Assembly: GCA_002633005.1 (NCBI GenBank)
Contig: NMRA01000106.1
Span: forward strand, 477,655-541,654
Origin: Phoronis australis
Taxonomy: Eukaryota; Animalia; Phoronida
Reading direction: 5' to 3'
DNA: 64,000 nucleotides
Position numbers and translations under genes: made by a program. Position 1 is the first letter of the stretch. Every line of letters starts with the position of its first letter. Positions 23,401-41,760 of the stretch are shown piece after piece. Below the pieces are notes generated by a model. The model did no database searches and was not told the origin of the DNA. It saw only the letters and a program-made list of their open reading frames with translations.

Positions 23401-26400
23401 ATATTACAATCAGATTGGAAAATGCTGCTATTTCTTAGAAAATCAGGTCGTGTGCATGACACGTTATAACAACTGGGAAATTGGTCTTCAGGAAAATTAA
23501 TATTGGTTGTGAATTTTTATTCAGTGTAGTAGAGAGAATGTTCTCTCAAATAAAATATAGGAAGCAATGACAACTTCAAGTGTCCTAAATAGAGGATGCT
23601 GTACATACTCTAGGAGTTATAATGGTAACTGTAAAACTTACTTCTCAGTTTTCACTTTTGTTGCCAATTTTGTAACTTATGAGAGGTACTTTGACATCAA
23701 AAATTGGCTTAACTTTCAGTTGTTGCGTCGTGGTCTGTGTTACTTTAAATCATTATCTTACCCGTTGCCTAACACCATTGTTGTTTGCAGCAAAGGAGAC
23801 CATGATGGTGCAGTTGATCAGTACATTAAGACTATTGGCAAACTGGAGGCTTCCTACGTCATCAGAAAGGTACTGGTGAACCAAGCATAAGATACAGTGA
23901 TGTAGAGTGGGGTAGCAAGGATTACTTTTATTTTTAAATGATTGTGTCCTCAACAAAGTGGCAGTGTTTGGCGATGCTCATCTAAGCACAGTTACCTCTT
24001 TCACTTAAAGCCACTATATACCATATTCTGGTGTCAAAAAAGCTTTCTTCGCTTGCGTATTTGCTGCTTGAGACAGCTTCACCTTGAATTGAATTTGGTT
24101 GCAATAAAACACCTGGTATTCCCTAGACAGCTGTTACTGCTTTGGTGGTTGAAACTGGTCATGACAAGCTAACCTCATGAGTCTGTATCTGCTATGAAAC
24201 AAGTCTTGAAACCATTTCTAATCTGAGTAAGGAATGATTTCACGTCAGTTTTATGACGGTAAAGGGCCTGAATCAAAAGTTGTAGTTTTTTACAGTAGGC
24301 ACGAGACTTATCACTTCATTCATCCATTTGTCTAACCATTTACTCTTGATTTACTTATTTATGCTGTCACCCATTTGTTCATCTAACGACCCAATAATTA
24401 CTAATAAAATCACCATCATAGAGAGAAGGGAAGACTGTAGTCTGTATTGCAACTGTCTGTCACTCTTAAGCTCCACCTCTTGTTGCAGTTTCTTGATGCT
24501 CAGAGGATCCACAACCTTACCAAATACCTGCAAGCCCTCCACAAGGCTCAGCGTGCCACAGAGGATCACACCACACTGCTGCTCAACTGTTACACTAAAC
24601 TGAAAGATGTCTCCAAGCTGGATGAGTTCATTATGGTGCTTAAGTGGGAAAATCATTGACACGCCTCTTACAGCTAGCCATTCAGCATGTTCGGGAACAC
24701 CTCAGTATTTCTGTAGCCTCAAATTTCACCCTCTGAGGTGATTTTTATGTGCGAACTTCAGTCAATTGAAACTCATGTGACCTCCAAATTGGCAAATGAT
24801 TGGCTCTGTGACTGAAGTTTGCCCATGCTCAGTTCACGTTAATCTCCGAGGGAAAATTTGAAGCTACGTAGGTACTGAGGTGTTCCAAGTGATTCAGCAT
24901 GTGTGTGATAAGTTTTGTCAGTGATAGCTGACTGGGTTAACCTTTTAAACTGAAGTTGGCATTTTCTTCAGGAACATTAAATTGTCTTGACCAAGCCTTG
25001 ATTGTAGTGCTGTGTTATGCTGAGTCTGTTTAACTTGTCCCATGAACAGTCCCATGGAAATTGTTACCACACTGTTAATGACAGTTTTATTGTCCTACTT
25101 TTCAAAGCACAATACTCCAACGCCATCTGGTGTTTTCAAAACCTTACTTGGTGCATTGCCATAAAGTAAGTGCACAGAATTCTGACTTTAAACAGTGTTG
25201 GCGCTCAACTTGGGATAGTTGTGTTCAAATAGAGAGATTTACTGTGAAGTCTTGAACCTTTTTAGCTGTCAACACCAGAGTTTATTTTGTTTTGCTTTAA
25301 ATTCCACAGTGGAAGTTTTTTCAGAATATCTTCGTACACTACTGGGAACAATCTGGTGTTATCAGTTAGTTGCATTTATCGTGTAACATCGACTTATATC
25401 ATTTTGCAGACAAAGGATCGGGAGGTGGATTTTGATGTAGAGACGGCTATCCGTGTGTGTCGCCAGGCCGGTTACTACCAGCATGCCCTGTTCCTGGCTG
25501 AGCGACACCATCAACACGAGTGGTATCTTAAGATTCAGCTAGAAGATATCAAGGACTACCTGAAGGCTCTCGAGTATATCGGCAAGCTTCAGTTTGCTGA
25601 GGTAAGCTTTTCAATAGTGAAGTACTTAATGTTTAAGTCATGTTAAGAATGTCTTGTGGTGCTGTTTTATGCATTTAACACAAATCAATGAAGTTTGCAT
25701 TGGGAAAATGGGGAAAGACAGCAGTCAAGTCTCACTATTCTAAGGAGACTTTTAAGTGGTTTGGGCAGCGTAGCATGGTAGGTGAACAGTTCCATGCCAG
25801 CAAGAGAGAAGTGTTAGTTTTTAATTCAAAATTTGTTATTCAGAGTAAAGTTTTCTCCCAAACACCTGCAGCTCATGAAGAAATGTAACTGAGTGGCATT
25901 TTGTAATTCCAATTGTTAAAGCTTAAAAGCTACCACAGTGCAATTTTGTTTTATCAAAAATGCCTCTGTCAAATTTAGATGGCTTTCATTGTCATTTTTA
26001 AGCAAAATTTACTGTTCAAGCTATTCTTTAGTGTTAGTTGCTTCATACATGGTCTTAATAGAACAAAGTGTTTTCATGCGCCCACATATTTATAAATTAT
26101 GAGGATGCATTATGCCGTCATCTCCGTCCGTCCGTCCGTGTGGCATCCGTGCGGCGTCCACTGCTTTATCTCCAAAACCCTTTGACATACATTCATGAAA
26201 TTTGGCACATATGTTCCATTCATGAATGGGACGGTATGTGCGAACTTTCGGACGGATCCGACTGCCAGTGTGCCCCCTAGTGGCAATTTTATTTTTTACG
26301 TTTACCTCTGTATCTTCACAAGTCCTTAACGGATTTTCATGAAATTTGGTATGTAGGCACCTATTAGTGCGATGACGCTATCGTCCCGTTTTCGGATGGA

Positions 26401-29400
26401 TTCGACCTAGTTTGCGACACNNNNNNNNNNNNNNNNNNNNNNNNNNNNNNNNNNNNNNNNNNNNNNNNNNNNNNNNNNNNNNNNNNNNNNNNNNNNNNNN
26501 NNNNNNNNNNNNNNNNNNNNNNNNNNNNNNNNNNNNNNNNNNNNNNNNNNNNNNNNNNNNNNNNNNNNNNNNNNNNNNNNNNNNNNNNNNNNNNNNNNNN
26601 NNNNNNNNNNNNNNNNNNNNNNNNNNNNNNNNNNNNNNNNNNNNNNNNNNNNNNNNNNNNNNNNNNNNNNNNNNNNNNNNNNNNNNNNNNNNNNNNNNNN
26701 NNNNNNNNNNNNNNNNNNNNNNNNNNNNNNNNNNNNNNNNNNNNNNNNNNNNNNNNNNNNNNNNNNNNNNNNNNNNNNNNNNNNACTTCGTGACTATGAA
26801 GGAAAAGTTCCAAGTAGAAATTTGTTTCTGGCATTCTAATGCTGTGTTAATCTCGTATGTTGGTAAATTTGTTTTTAATTCTATGTTTCTGTGGTGCTTT
26901 AAGGAACTGATGTATAGGATGTGCTTGTATTATGAAGATCACTCACATTTTGCCCCTAGCCTATTGAGGAGATGATGACCATGCCTTTCCATTTTGCAAA
27001 GTACAGCATACTACATATATGCCCTCTACTGGCCACTTTATGGTACCAATAAACAACCCTAGAAGGATACCGTATACGGTGCAATTGTGGGCGCATTTCT
27101 ACGCTCTGCGTTGCTCTTGTTGATGGTGTCATGGTCACATGGTTATAGTATGTGGTATGTTCCTGAGTTTTGCATATTTCAGGCTGAAAGCAATATGAGG
27201 CAGTATGGGAAAATACTAATAAATGAGGTGCCACAGCAAACTACTGAGCTGCTGAAAAGATTGTGTACCGACTACAAACCTAGTGATCGTGAGTTTTTTT
27301 TTGCTTTGGTTGTCTTCTGCTGATGGTTTTGGAAATCATCCCCCTCTCTCTATAAAACATTGGCTGCAGGCCAATATCTACATTTGGCTGATATCACATA
27401 ATTCTAGACACATTTTGTTAGTTCATAGTGAGACATGTGTTTTGCAAGTCGATATCAGATATCCAGTTATCATTGATGATACAATGAATCGTTGTATCAG
27501 AACACATGAGACAACTAATTTTAAATTAATGCATCCAATCATCTGTTGTCAGGAGGTTTTTGTATTTTACTTGATGCTTTCACAAGAAAAGATGAAAAAT
27601 CACTTGCACACTACAATCTTATGCAAATATTCCAAGGACTGCCCTCTTGTCAATTTGGGTTTCAAGAGCATCTAGGTCTCACTTTTTGCTGTAATTCCTT
27701 TCAGTCCTCAGTTTCATTTTTGAAGTCGCCATAATTTACTTTATGTTGCTTCATGTGTCAAACATTAGGCTTGTGTTAATTGTTGGATGTTTAATTTAAT
27801 GCATCTGATCTTTAGTTTAGTTTTGTTACATGTAGTTGCAGACATTCTCTCAGTTAAAACCTCTCTCTTGTTTTAGAACCTCTTGCTGATGCCAATTCTT
27901 TTGATGGTAAGTAAAATGTTGGATTTAGAAACTGCAATTAATTTGTCATATAGCATAATGTCACCAACCACCAAGGGCCGTGCAGCAGTTTTTGGTGAAT
28001 GAAGGTGGTGACCTGCACAGGCCAACTTAGTTAGCTTAGCATATCAGCACCACATTTGCCGACGGAAGCATAAAAATACTGCTATCCTTGGCAAGGATCA
28101 CGTTAAGACTAGAAGTCTGTGTTTGTGACATCACGAATGACCACAAAAATATGATGGTCCGAATTTAAGTACTGTGTATTTGGAAAATTGAAGTTTGGTT
28201 TTGCACTTTGATAGGTTTATAGAGTACTTATATGTAAACTTCTGGCAAATTTCAATTAACTGAAGGCTACATATAAATGTTGTGTTGTTTGCCATTTCAC
28301 ATAGTCATCTTCTATTTAATGTACTGATAAGATGCACATTAATTTTGTCAGTTGAAAAGACAGTGTATGTTAATAAGTCAAACTCCAAGTACTATATTAT
28401 ATAGTCTGGAGAAACCAGATCAAAGTTGGGTCAAAAAGTTGACATGCCCTTATTGTCAGATGACATCAGAGGTCTGTAGATTGTCAAGTTCTGCATACTT
28501 CCAGGTTCTGTGCCAAAAATTCAGAAAGCCTTTGCAGAGAATTTCATCCACATCTTCGTGAATAACTCACAGAAGTTGACAGAATTCTTGGAGCACATGA
28601 TCCGTGTTCAGCCCATGTCACCTAGCCTCCTCTACAACACACTGATTGAACTCTACCTGCAAGGTGTGGCCCACGAATCTGATTTATCGGTGAGGGTGTA
28701 GAATTTTTCTGAATAATTTTGCTGTAACTGAGTCGTTGTTCATGTTAAAAATTCATGGAAAATCAGGAGTGCATTCAGGAAAACTGCATCCTAGTGAGAA
28801 CCTGCATTATTTTAAACATGAATCAGATGCTCTTTTTACTTAGTTAAATACTTCATATAAAAGGAATTTGACTGCAAGCTAATCCAGCTTAAACTTATTC
28901 CCATCAAATGATGGTGTGTTGACTGTGTAATAAATCTTAAGGTTTTTCAAAATGACCGGAATTAAATAAAATTACGTAATTTTCAAAATAACTTTTGAAT
29001 TTCTGGTGGTGCTCTATTGAAATGATGGACCTAGTGCAGTTGATCATGGTAAACTTCACTTTTTGAATGGCCATTAAAAAGTGCAAAGGCACAGTGGACT
29101 AATTTACAAAATGTATTTACTGTAAGTGATGTCTCAATTGATGGAACTCGTTTTGTGTTCAAAACTGATTCAGGGAAAAGTGTCTTTAAAGCATATTTGA
29201 AATTGTAACAGAGTTTGAAACTTAGCTTATTTTGAAGGCTAAAACGGCGAAAGAGCGGAACATTTTGGAACTTCTGCAGAATCCAGATGTAAGTACCCAA
29301 TTCATAAATTTGACCTACTTTGAGAGCAACTGACTGACTATCTGGTTAAGATGCATGCACCTAAGCTCCACCTATAGGCACGGACGAGAGTCCTTTGTTT

Positions 29401-32400
29401 TATGATTTGCGCATGCTTTAATTTAGATGTAGTTCTTGTGTTTTTATCCATTTTATGTACATCTTTGTGCTTATTTTTTTAAGCATTTTTAAGTGTGTTT
29501 ACCCCTAGTGTATTGTTTTTTTTTGTTGTTGAGCTGTATTGTACAGGTCGACGAAGAATGTCCATGCTTTAAACCTTTTGGCCAAGCGCCTGTATTTTGT
29601 GTATTTCTAGTTTTTAAAGTAAAACATTGACGTGATACGTTTAACAATTCTACCAACAAGTTCCAACCATATTGTTTCAGTCTCGCTATGACATCGATCA
29701 AGCCCTTGTACTGTGTCAGATGAACAATTTCAAGGCTGGAATACTTTACCTCTATGAGAAGGCTAAACTGTAAGTTTTAGTAAGCAGTTTAATGAGATTG
29801 GAGGTAGCTTCATCAGCACTCACTCCACATTCTTCCCCCTTTATTCTGTAAGGTTACAACCAAATACAACAAGGTGAGAAGCAATTAGCAACATAATGCT
29901 TGTGATCTGCTGTTGAGCATGAGATTAGGGTCGATACATTAGTTCGCAGCCTGAATTATTACACTTTCCTTCAAACATTTCAATATTAATTACTGTCCAG
30001 TTGTTGCAAATTGCTATAGAATAGAGAATTGAAAATTTTCAATCTATGTTTATCATTTCCAATTCTGAAGTAAACAAGAAGCTGTTATTAATGATGCCAA
30101 ATATGAAAAGGGCTGGAGGGATGCTGTTTAAGGGAATGTCTTTCGTTGGTGGTAATATAGTACTAGATATTAATCACAACTTGTTAGCAAGTGAATGATT
30201 TTGAAAATGTAAATTTCAGGTACCAACAAATCCTGAGATACTTCATGGAGCATAATGAATATGTGCATGTCATTGACACGTGCAAAAGATTTGGGTGAGT
30301 CATTCAAGTCTCAAATTTTTCACCAAAAGTATTCCAGTTTGAACTTAAAAACTTTATTTATTTTACATTCTGTTACAAGTTCTGCTCTACACATTGCCTT
30401 TAACAAAATGAAAACAAAATAGTTTGTTCACACACCAAGCATATCTCCTTTTCTCAAGATGTATCAGTTCACAGTGAGCAAATGAGTGTGCTGCAATAGA
30501 TGCCTCCCATTTGCAATGTAGGTGCCATGTCATAAATATTCCGCAATGTACTTTTGAGATCATTTTGACCGGTTTTAGAGTAAGAATGTAATTGCAGAGA
30601 AATGTAAGTAAAAAAGTATGGAATTTTCACATTTTTGTACCGTTGTAACATGTGCAGGGGCCAAGATTCTAAGCTGTGGGTGCAGGCTCTAGCTTACTTT
30701 GCTAGACAGGAGGATGACAATAAAATGCAACTTATGGAGGTGTTGACTCACATAGACAAGAAGAACCTCCTACCACCGTTACTGGTCTTACAAACCTTAG
30801 CTCACAACTCTACGGCCACGTTAGCTGTAGTCAAGGTCAGTTTACATTCAGAATTTCCCAAACTCACAATATTGCTATTCACTTTGATAAAAACTCAAGC
30901 CTGTGATAATTTGTATGAACATCTTCGTCTTGCCAGGAAACAGAGAGTTGATGCTTTTAAAGTCTTGGCATTATCAGCCTTTATTCATATTAAAAGTTAT
31001 AAATCATGAATCTCTGTTTGGATCATTCAGTGCTATCTGCCTATTGTCTGAGTTATTGGCTGAGGTCATCTGGGTGTGAGGTTCTAGGTACTAACACTGT
31101 TTTGGTATTTTGCCATGATTGCATTGATATTTCCCATTTGTAAGGTTATGAGCAGGGCAAAAGGTTCAATTTTCTGTAAAAATTGACAACCCAAATGCCT
31201 GTACTTGTGGTAAGACCACCTCTTATGGTACTCAATTGTGCATGCTTTCATCCTGTTACAAAGACGGTGTTGATTCAATCTACAGTTTCATCCAATTTTC
31301 TTTTGAACAATAGATGCCAACTGACATAGCCACAACACATACATTTCGCCTTATTGTCTATTATATGCGGGATGTTAAATAGTTGAATTTGACCATTAAT
31401 GCCCATCACGTTTTATGGTATTTTAATACCATGAAACTTAAAAGTTCACACAACTCCAGCTCAGTTGGTTGATTCCAGCTGACTATCTGTTCATACATCA
31501 TCAACATGTTCACCGACATTGGATGTTAAGTGCCTATATTTTTGAAATGAATCTTAAGTTTGAATTATGACTACAGGATTACATAACACGTCGGCTTCAG
31601 CTGGAAAATGATCAAATAGCCGAGGACGAACGGCTGATAAAACAGTACAGCGAGGAGACGGAGAAGATGAAAGGACAGATAGAAGAGTTAAAAACAAGGT
31701 GAGGTCAAGTTCTAGATAGATTTCAATCTGAGTATCTTCTTAGCAGAAAGGTTTTTCAAACCTTTTTTAGAAGCAGTATGAAGTTAAGTTGTATAAATGT
31801 GTCTCATTTGTGACTTCGCATGTCTTATAAAGAAGGACTGGCTGATGAAGAACTAACGTTATCTAGTTGAGACATGATATACACTTTTATATTAGCCCAT
31901 AACTGTGTATAGTAACTAAATTTCAACATTCAAGGAACTTACACAGCCTATTGATATGAATGGATTACTCTGTTAGCATCAGTCTTTGTTAGTTGTGAAA
32001 TCTACCTCACAATTTGTGTCGTTCCCTACTTTAGATGAGTATGTTATTATGGTAACAATACGTCACTAAAATTGTTGCTTTTGCAGAGCTCAGAAATTCC
32101 AAGTGTCCAAATGCGCTGTGTGCAATCATCCACTAGAGTTGCCGTCTGTTCATTTCCTGTGCCAACATTCCTACCACCAACAGTAAGTGTTCATGTTTGA
32201 GGTGCAGTGAGCAAGCCTCTTGTGTGTTGTAATTATGAACTTGTTTAAGAGTAACTAGCAGCAATTTGCACCAGTGATTAAAACAAGGCCCTGACGCAGC
32301 CTTAAATAGCTTATACCGAAATCAAAAACTTCAAAATGGGCTAAATCAAGCAACTGAAACTTCCTGCTGAAACAACCAATGACTGCCATTCGGTCCATAG

Positions 32401-34682
32401 TGTTATCCTGATGATATAGTTAGGAACTCACCGCATTATAAGAATCAAAGAGCTCCATTCTAAAACACAAAATGTAGATGGCGCTGCTAGTGGCTTTAAA
32501 AAGAAATACACCAACATGAAAATAAGCATTTCTATCGAAGAAACAATGTGACCATGTTATTGCAGCTGCTTTGAGAGTTACTCAGAGATGGAGAGCGAGT
32601 GTCCAGCATGCTTGCCTGAAAACAGAAAAGTGATGGACATCATTCAAGCTCAGGAACAGAGCAAAGACTTGCATGAACAGTTCCACCATCAGCTGGAACG
32701 AGCTGAGGATGGTTTCGCAGTGGTGGCCGACTATTTTGGAAGAGGGGTCTTCAACAAGGTAAAACTGATTCTGAGGAGTCACTCTAAAGTGGCTGTTATA
32801 ACACCCGCTTTATGCAATGGTCTCATATTGTTCCTTAAGCAAATCAGGCTTGAAAAGAAAGTTGTGATCAGGCTCTACACGTTGGCTCATTATATGCAGC
32901 GAGTATGGTGTGGAGAAGTTTAGGAAAAAGTCAATGTCAGCATTATGGCGCCAAGTGGTCTAAATCAAAAATTTGGTTTTTAGGGAGGGTGTTTTGTAGC
33001 CACCGTAGCTGTGTACATTTAGGCACCAGGGGGACTTGTTTCTCCAATACAAAATGTAGCTGTAATCAGAAAATTTAAAAAAGTAAGATTCCAAATTTGG
33101 AGATTGGATCCTCTAAGTGCTCTAAATTTGATTTTCTAAAGGTTTGATTGTTTACTATTATATTAGGCTTGCCTTGTATTCTTTCAATGTCTGACAGTGT
33201 CACGATGTCATCAAGTGACAGTCTTTTTTAGGAAACAAATGTTTTTCGACATGTAGTGGAGAATTAGAAGCAGTGCCTAGCGTTTTCCAAGTTCATAAAA
33301 GTGCTTGGGTTGTGATGGTGTAGGCGCTTGTTGTCATCTACCTCATAGAGTTGTCATTAAGAAAATGCTGTTGGTGGTATTTTTTCAATTTCACTGTATT
33401 ATAGATGTTATCTGTAATGTTGAACCCTTGGAAAAATTATGTTCCCTGGAAAATTATTAACCAGAAAATGTCCTGTGTAACCATCGTATGGAGAGATTCT
33501 TCATAATTTTATCATGGAGCATGGGCAACTCTTTCAAATAAAATTATTTAATTGAGTTTTCTCTCAATGAAATTGTTGTTCAGCAAAGAATTCAATAAGC
33601 AGCTGATTTTATTTGTTTTGTTCAACTGATGTTTTGGCAACTGCTTCACTTGTGCTGAAGATTTGTTCATTACAAGAAAATTCCATCTATTGGTTTTTAA
33701 ATTAATGTAGCTCCTGTAATAATATTAATAATAATAATTTTAATAATGATAATAATGGCACAGTCGTTTTAGAATTTTGCGAAATAAAATATTCAAAGCA
33801 GAAAAGTCGACACGTTACTTACTAGGCATTCTACAGGCCCATTGTAACAGACACTGTGCTTTAATTTCACTGCTCATACTCAGCAAGCCTACCAGCCTGC
33901 TTGAGGAATTTTGCAATTGTTTTTAAAACATGTTATCTTATCTATGGTAGTTTGCATAAAAAATGCTTTGGCAAGTGAAACACCAACCAACGTGGTGTTG
34001 TGGTGTTTCATCTTCCATCTAGCATTTCGGGCGGCAGGATTCTGTTGTTTTCTTAATATGTTTCTGCAGGTTACAGTGGTATGTTATCACCTGCATATTT
34101 ACCAATTGCAATTTAGATCTGGTCAAAATCATAAACGTGGTAGTAAGACTGGGAGTAACACAACACACCACTTCTTTTGTTCTTCCACAGTCACTTCTGT
34201 TTATCCAAGATGTTTTCCATAGTGTTAAGGACTAATTATTTATTCCTAAAATGCAGGAAGCATGAGGGACAGGTAATATTGATTCACGTCCTTGAAATTC
34301 TCATTCTGAACAAAATTTGGGTAATTGATCAGCTGGCTCATTACCCCAGATGCCAATGTGTCGTGCAATACAGTACTTAAACTGTAGGCTACGAATACGG
34401 GGTACCTCTCAGTTCTTGCAGGGCCCTATATATTCATCCTCTCTGGAGAATGGATGAATGCAGTAGATGTACCAGGAGTTCAAGCGAGTGTCCTTGCCTT
34501 ATTCCTTATGTTTGGAGAACCCATAACTATACTGAAGTCGATCTTATTTAAATAGGGATAGTAGTATCGTTTGGATGCTTTGTAAACAATTGTGTATGAT
34601 TTGTTGACAGGTAACCTTGGTGACTGATCCACCCAGTAAGGGAGCACCACGGGCAACCAGCCACATGCAGCCTGGAATTTGA
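11424..34682 (+). CDS. VPS11: Vacuolar protein sorting-associated protein 11 (HOPS/CORVET core subunit), 25 exons, 920 aa
   Basis: Exons: 11424-11438, 12567-12641, 14085-14258, 15444-15494, 17219-17385, 18017-18164, 19540-19629, 20873-21003, 21381-21522, 22606-22685, 23223-23297, 23791-23869, 24489-24635, 25410-25601, 27183-27288, 27877-27906, 28505-28689, 29238-29288, 29681-29769, 30220-30294, 30658-30835, 31577-31698, 32087-32182, 32566-32758, 34611-34682. Total 2763 nt, phase-consistent. Diagnostic motifs: MAFLQWRRFNFFDKE, YGDHLYSKGDHDGAVDQYIKTIG, KFLDAQRIHNLTKYL, RING CAVC..HFLCQHSYHQHC..ECPAC, VVADYFGRGVFNKVTLVTDPP. Confidence 0.97.
11822..11897. repeat. Perfect inverted repeat, 33-bp stem with 10-nt loop (VPS11 intron 1)
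   Basis: AGCGGTCCCTGATTTTGAGAACCAGTTTCATCC (11822-11854) is the exact reverse complement of 11865-11897. Confidence 0.9.
13100..13650 (-). mobile_element. Possible highly decayed hAT transposase remnant
   Basis: Frameshifted minus-strand fragments DDLKRRF and VERYLRSLK...EDVDPLEMW resemble the region preceding the hAT C-terminal dimerisation domain (E.YL....DPL.WW). Weak. Confidence 0.3.
15755..15798 (-). ncRNA. Minimal type-I hammerhead ribozyme motif (core intact)
   Basis: Minus strand reads ACAC-CUGACGA-U-GGCUGG-agaagaga-CCGACC-GAAA-CG-UU/GUG: CUGANGA and GAAA cores, stem II (one C-A mismatch), palindromic ACGU stem III, GUU cleavage triplet, CAC/GUG stem I. Confidence 0.65.
15925..15968 (+). 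ncRNA. Minimal type-I hammerhead ribozyme motif (cleavage triplet mutated to GCC)
   Basis: ACAC-CUGACGA-U-GGUUGG-agaagaga-CCGACC-GAAA-CG-CC-GUG. Stem II is fully paired, but the conserved U16.1 is C. Confidence 0.55.
16371..16480. repeat. 54-bp tandem duplication
   Basis: CTTGTTGATAATGTCCTCCATAACCTT(T/A)AGTGGCAGAGTCACATTTAGCACAAG occurs twice. Confidence 0.9.
18369..18470. mobile_element. Partial MITE copy, same family as 20291-20537
   Basis: GG.CC.GTTCCAAG.AAA.TGACTT.GCT.AAGACAAATCTTAA.TTTTAG.CA.TTTTAAGATT..ATTTGTCT is collinear with the left part of the 20291 copy. Confidence 0.7.
20291..20537. mobile_element. MITE with ~24-bp TIRs (PIF/Harbinger-like GGCC termini)
   Basis: TIRs GGCCTGTTCCAAGTAAACTGACTT ... 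AAGTCAGTTTCTTGGTACAGGCC; AT-rich interior. Superfamily is inferred from the termini only. Confidence 0.75.
21866..21935 (+). mobile_element. Degenerate tRNA-derived SINE head
   Basis: A-box TGGCTCAGTGG, then GAAGGTCCC and a decayed B-box (TGTCTGAGTC). No intact cloverleaf. Confidence 0.4.
24694..24886. mobile_element. MITE with ~40-bp imperfect TIRs
   Basis: GGAACACCTCAGTATTTCTGTAGCCTCAAATTTCACCCTC ... GAGGGAAAATTTGAAGCTACGTAGGTACTGAGGTGTTCC. Confidence 0.75.
26068..26420 (+). mobile_element. Helentron-associated (HINE/DINE-1-like) non-autonomous element running into the gap
   Basis: T-rich start, (CCGT)n microsatellite at ~26124-26139, and repeated core TTCATGAAATTTGG(C/T)A at ~26192 and ~26336, an architecture typical of these elements. 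Confidence 0.55.
26421..26784. other. Assembly gap (364 N) inside VPS11 intron 14
   Basis: Run of N. Flanking VPS11 exons join in frame, so no coding exon appears to be missing. Confidence 0.99.
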
Positions 34683-35624
34683 TGTACTTTATGCAAAGTC
34701 AGTCATTAATAATTAAAAATATTTTTCTTAATTTATTTAAAGCCACCTACAGCACCATCTTTTAAAAAGTTCAAAAGTTGTCTGAAATTCTGAGTGTTTG
34801 ATATGATGAGTACCATTAACTATTTACATGATTTTGTTTTAAGTTAGATTAAATTCAGTTCACAAATTGTTGTGCATCTAAATTAACTGCCATACAGTTA
34901 CTTCCTTTGTTATAGTTGGAATTTAGCGATTGTGATTGCTATAATTATCACACTGTAAATAGCTTTTGTCATTGTTTATTTATGTGGTTACTTTACAAGA
35001 GACAAAGGAGGTGTTGAAATTGCTGTATGATAAAATTCTGAAATAAGTTTATTTGCCATATAATCTATAAACGCACTCCATTGATTGCTTAGCATTATGT
35101 CTGATTAAAGTGGCCTGTTGCATTTGTTGGTTACTGATTTTCCCATTACTATTGTTTCAATAATCTATTTAGTTGGGGTTTATGTGCTATTAAAAAGAAT
35201 CTATTCTTAAATTAATAATTAATATATGCATGTCGTGTTTATAATTCCCAATTTTAATTTATAAACACGAGTTTATGCAGTTGTTTGTACCCTTGCTGCA
35301 ATATCTGAAAAAATATTCGTCAAATGCATGTTGATGTATTTAACTTTAAATTCTTTTAAAATTTGTTAGGTATTCCTTGTAATAAATTAATGAAATTAGG
35401 AACAAGCCGAATGTTACACATGTTTTATCTATTTGTATTTCACAAAGTTTGTGCTTACAGACATACTAGTCACGTGTAACGCCTCCCTTAACACAAACCT
35501 CTTGTTTTCTCTATTCCTCATTATATTTTCTCATTTTCCAAAGCTGATAGATTTTGAATGGGCAGCTAGAAAGGAGAATGCATTTTCTTGTCTTGAGATT
35601 CTCTCCGAAAATTTATACACGTGG

Positions 35625-41314
<5,690 letters not shown>

Positions 41315-41644
41315 GTATAGACTCAGACACGACCTCCTGAAAAGTGTTATGATAAAATGCATGTGATATGGACATTTTTACAAGATCGTGGGCTAAACAG
41401 TTATACTGGTCCACATTTGTCTCTGACAGTCATCTTTCGATGACGGTGAACACACAGTCCAATGAATTCGCGTTCCCGATGTGATCTAGTCATTTACTTA
41501 TTTAAAAAATAGTGCAGGCGGTCTCAGTGACATCTATTGCATCGGACGTGCGCATGCAGATGGGCCCATTGCGCCAAACACATGAAACCATTTATTATTA
41601 ATTAATATTCTCGTTTATACTTATATCGAGCTGAGGTGCAAGAA

Positions 41645-41760
41645 ACCCGACTCAATCAGGGTCCGAGCAGTGGTCTCTAGCGGGGATTCGAAGCTACATG
41701 TACGACCTTGTGAACAGAAACGAACCGTTGATTCGCCCTGGCTAGCTGGCCTCCCTGAGT
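41645..41760 (-). mobile_element. Degenerate tRNA-derived SINE-like remnant
   Basis: Minus strand GGCCAGCTAGCCAGGGCG ... AAGGTCGT ... GCTTCGAATCCCC (A-box- and B-box-like). Confidence 0.35.

Noticed and set aside
26364-26975. 156-aa and 187-aa ORFs in the track
   Set aside because: Artefacts of translating the N gap.
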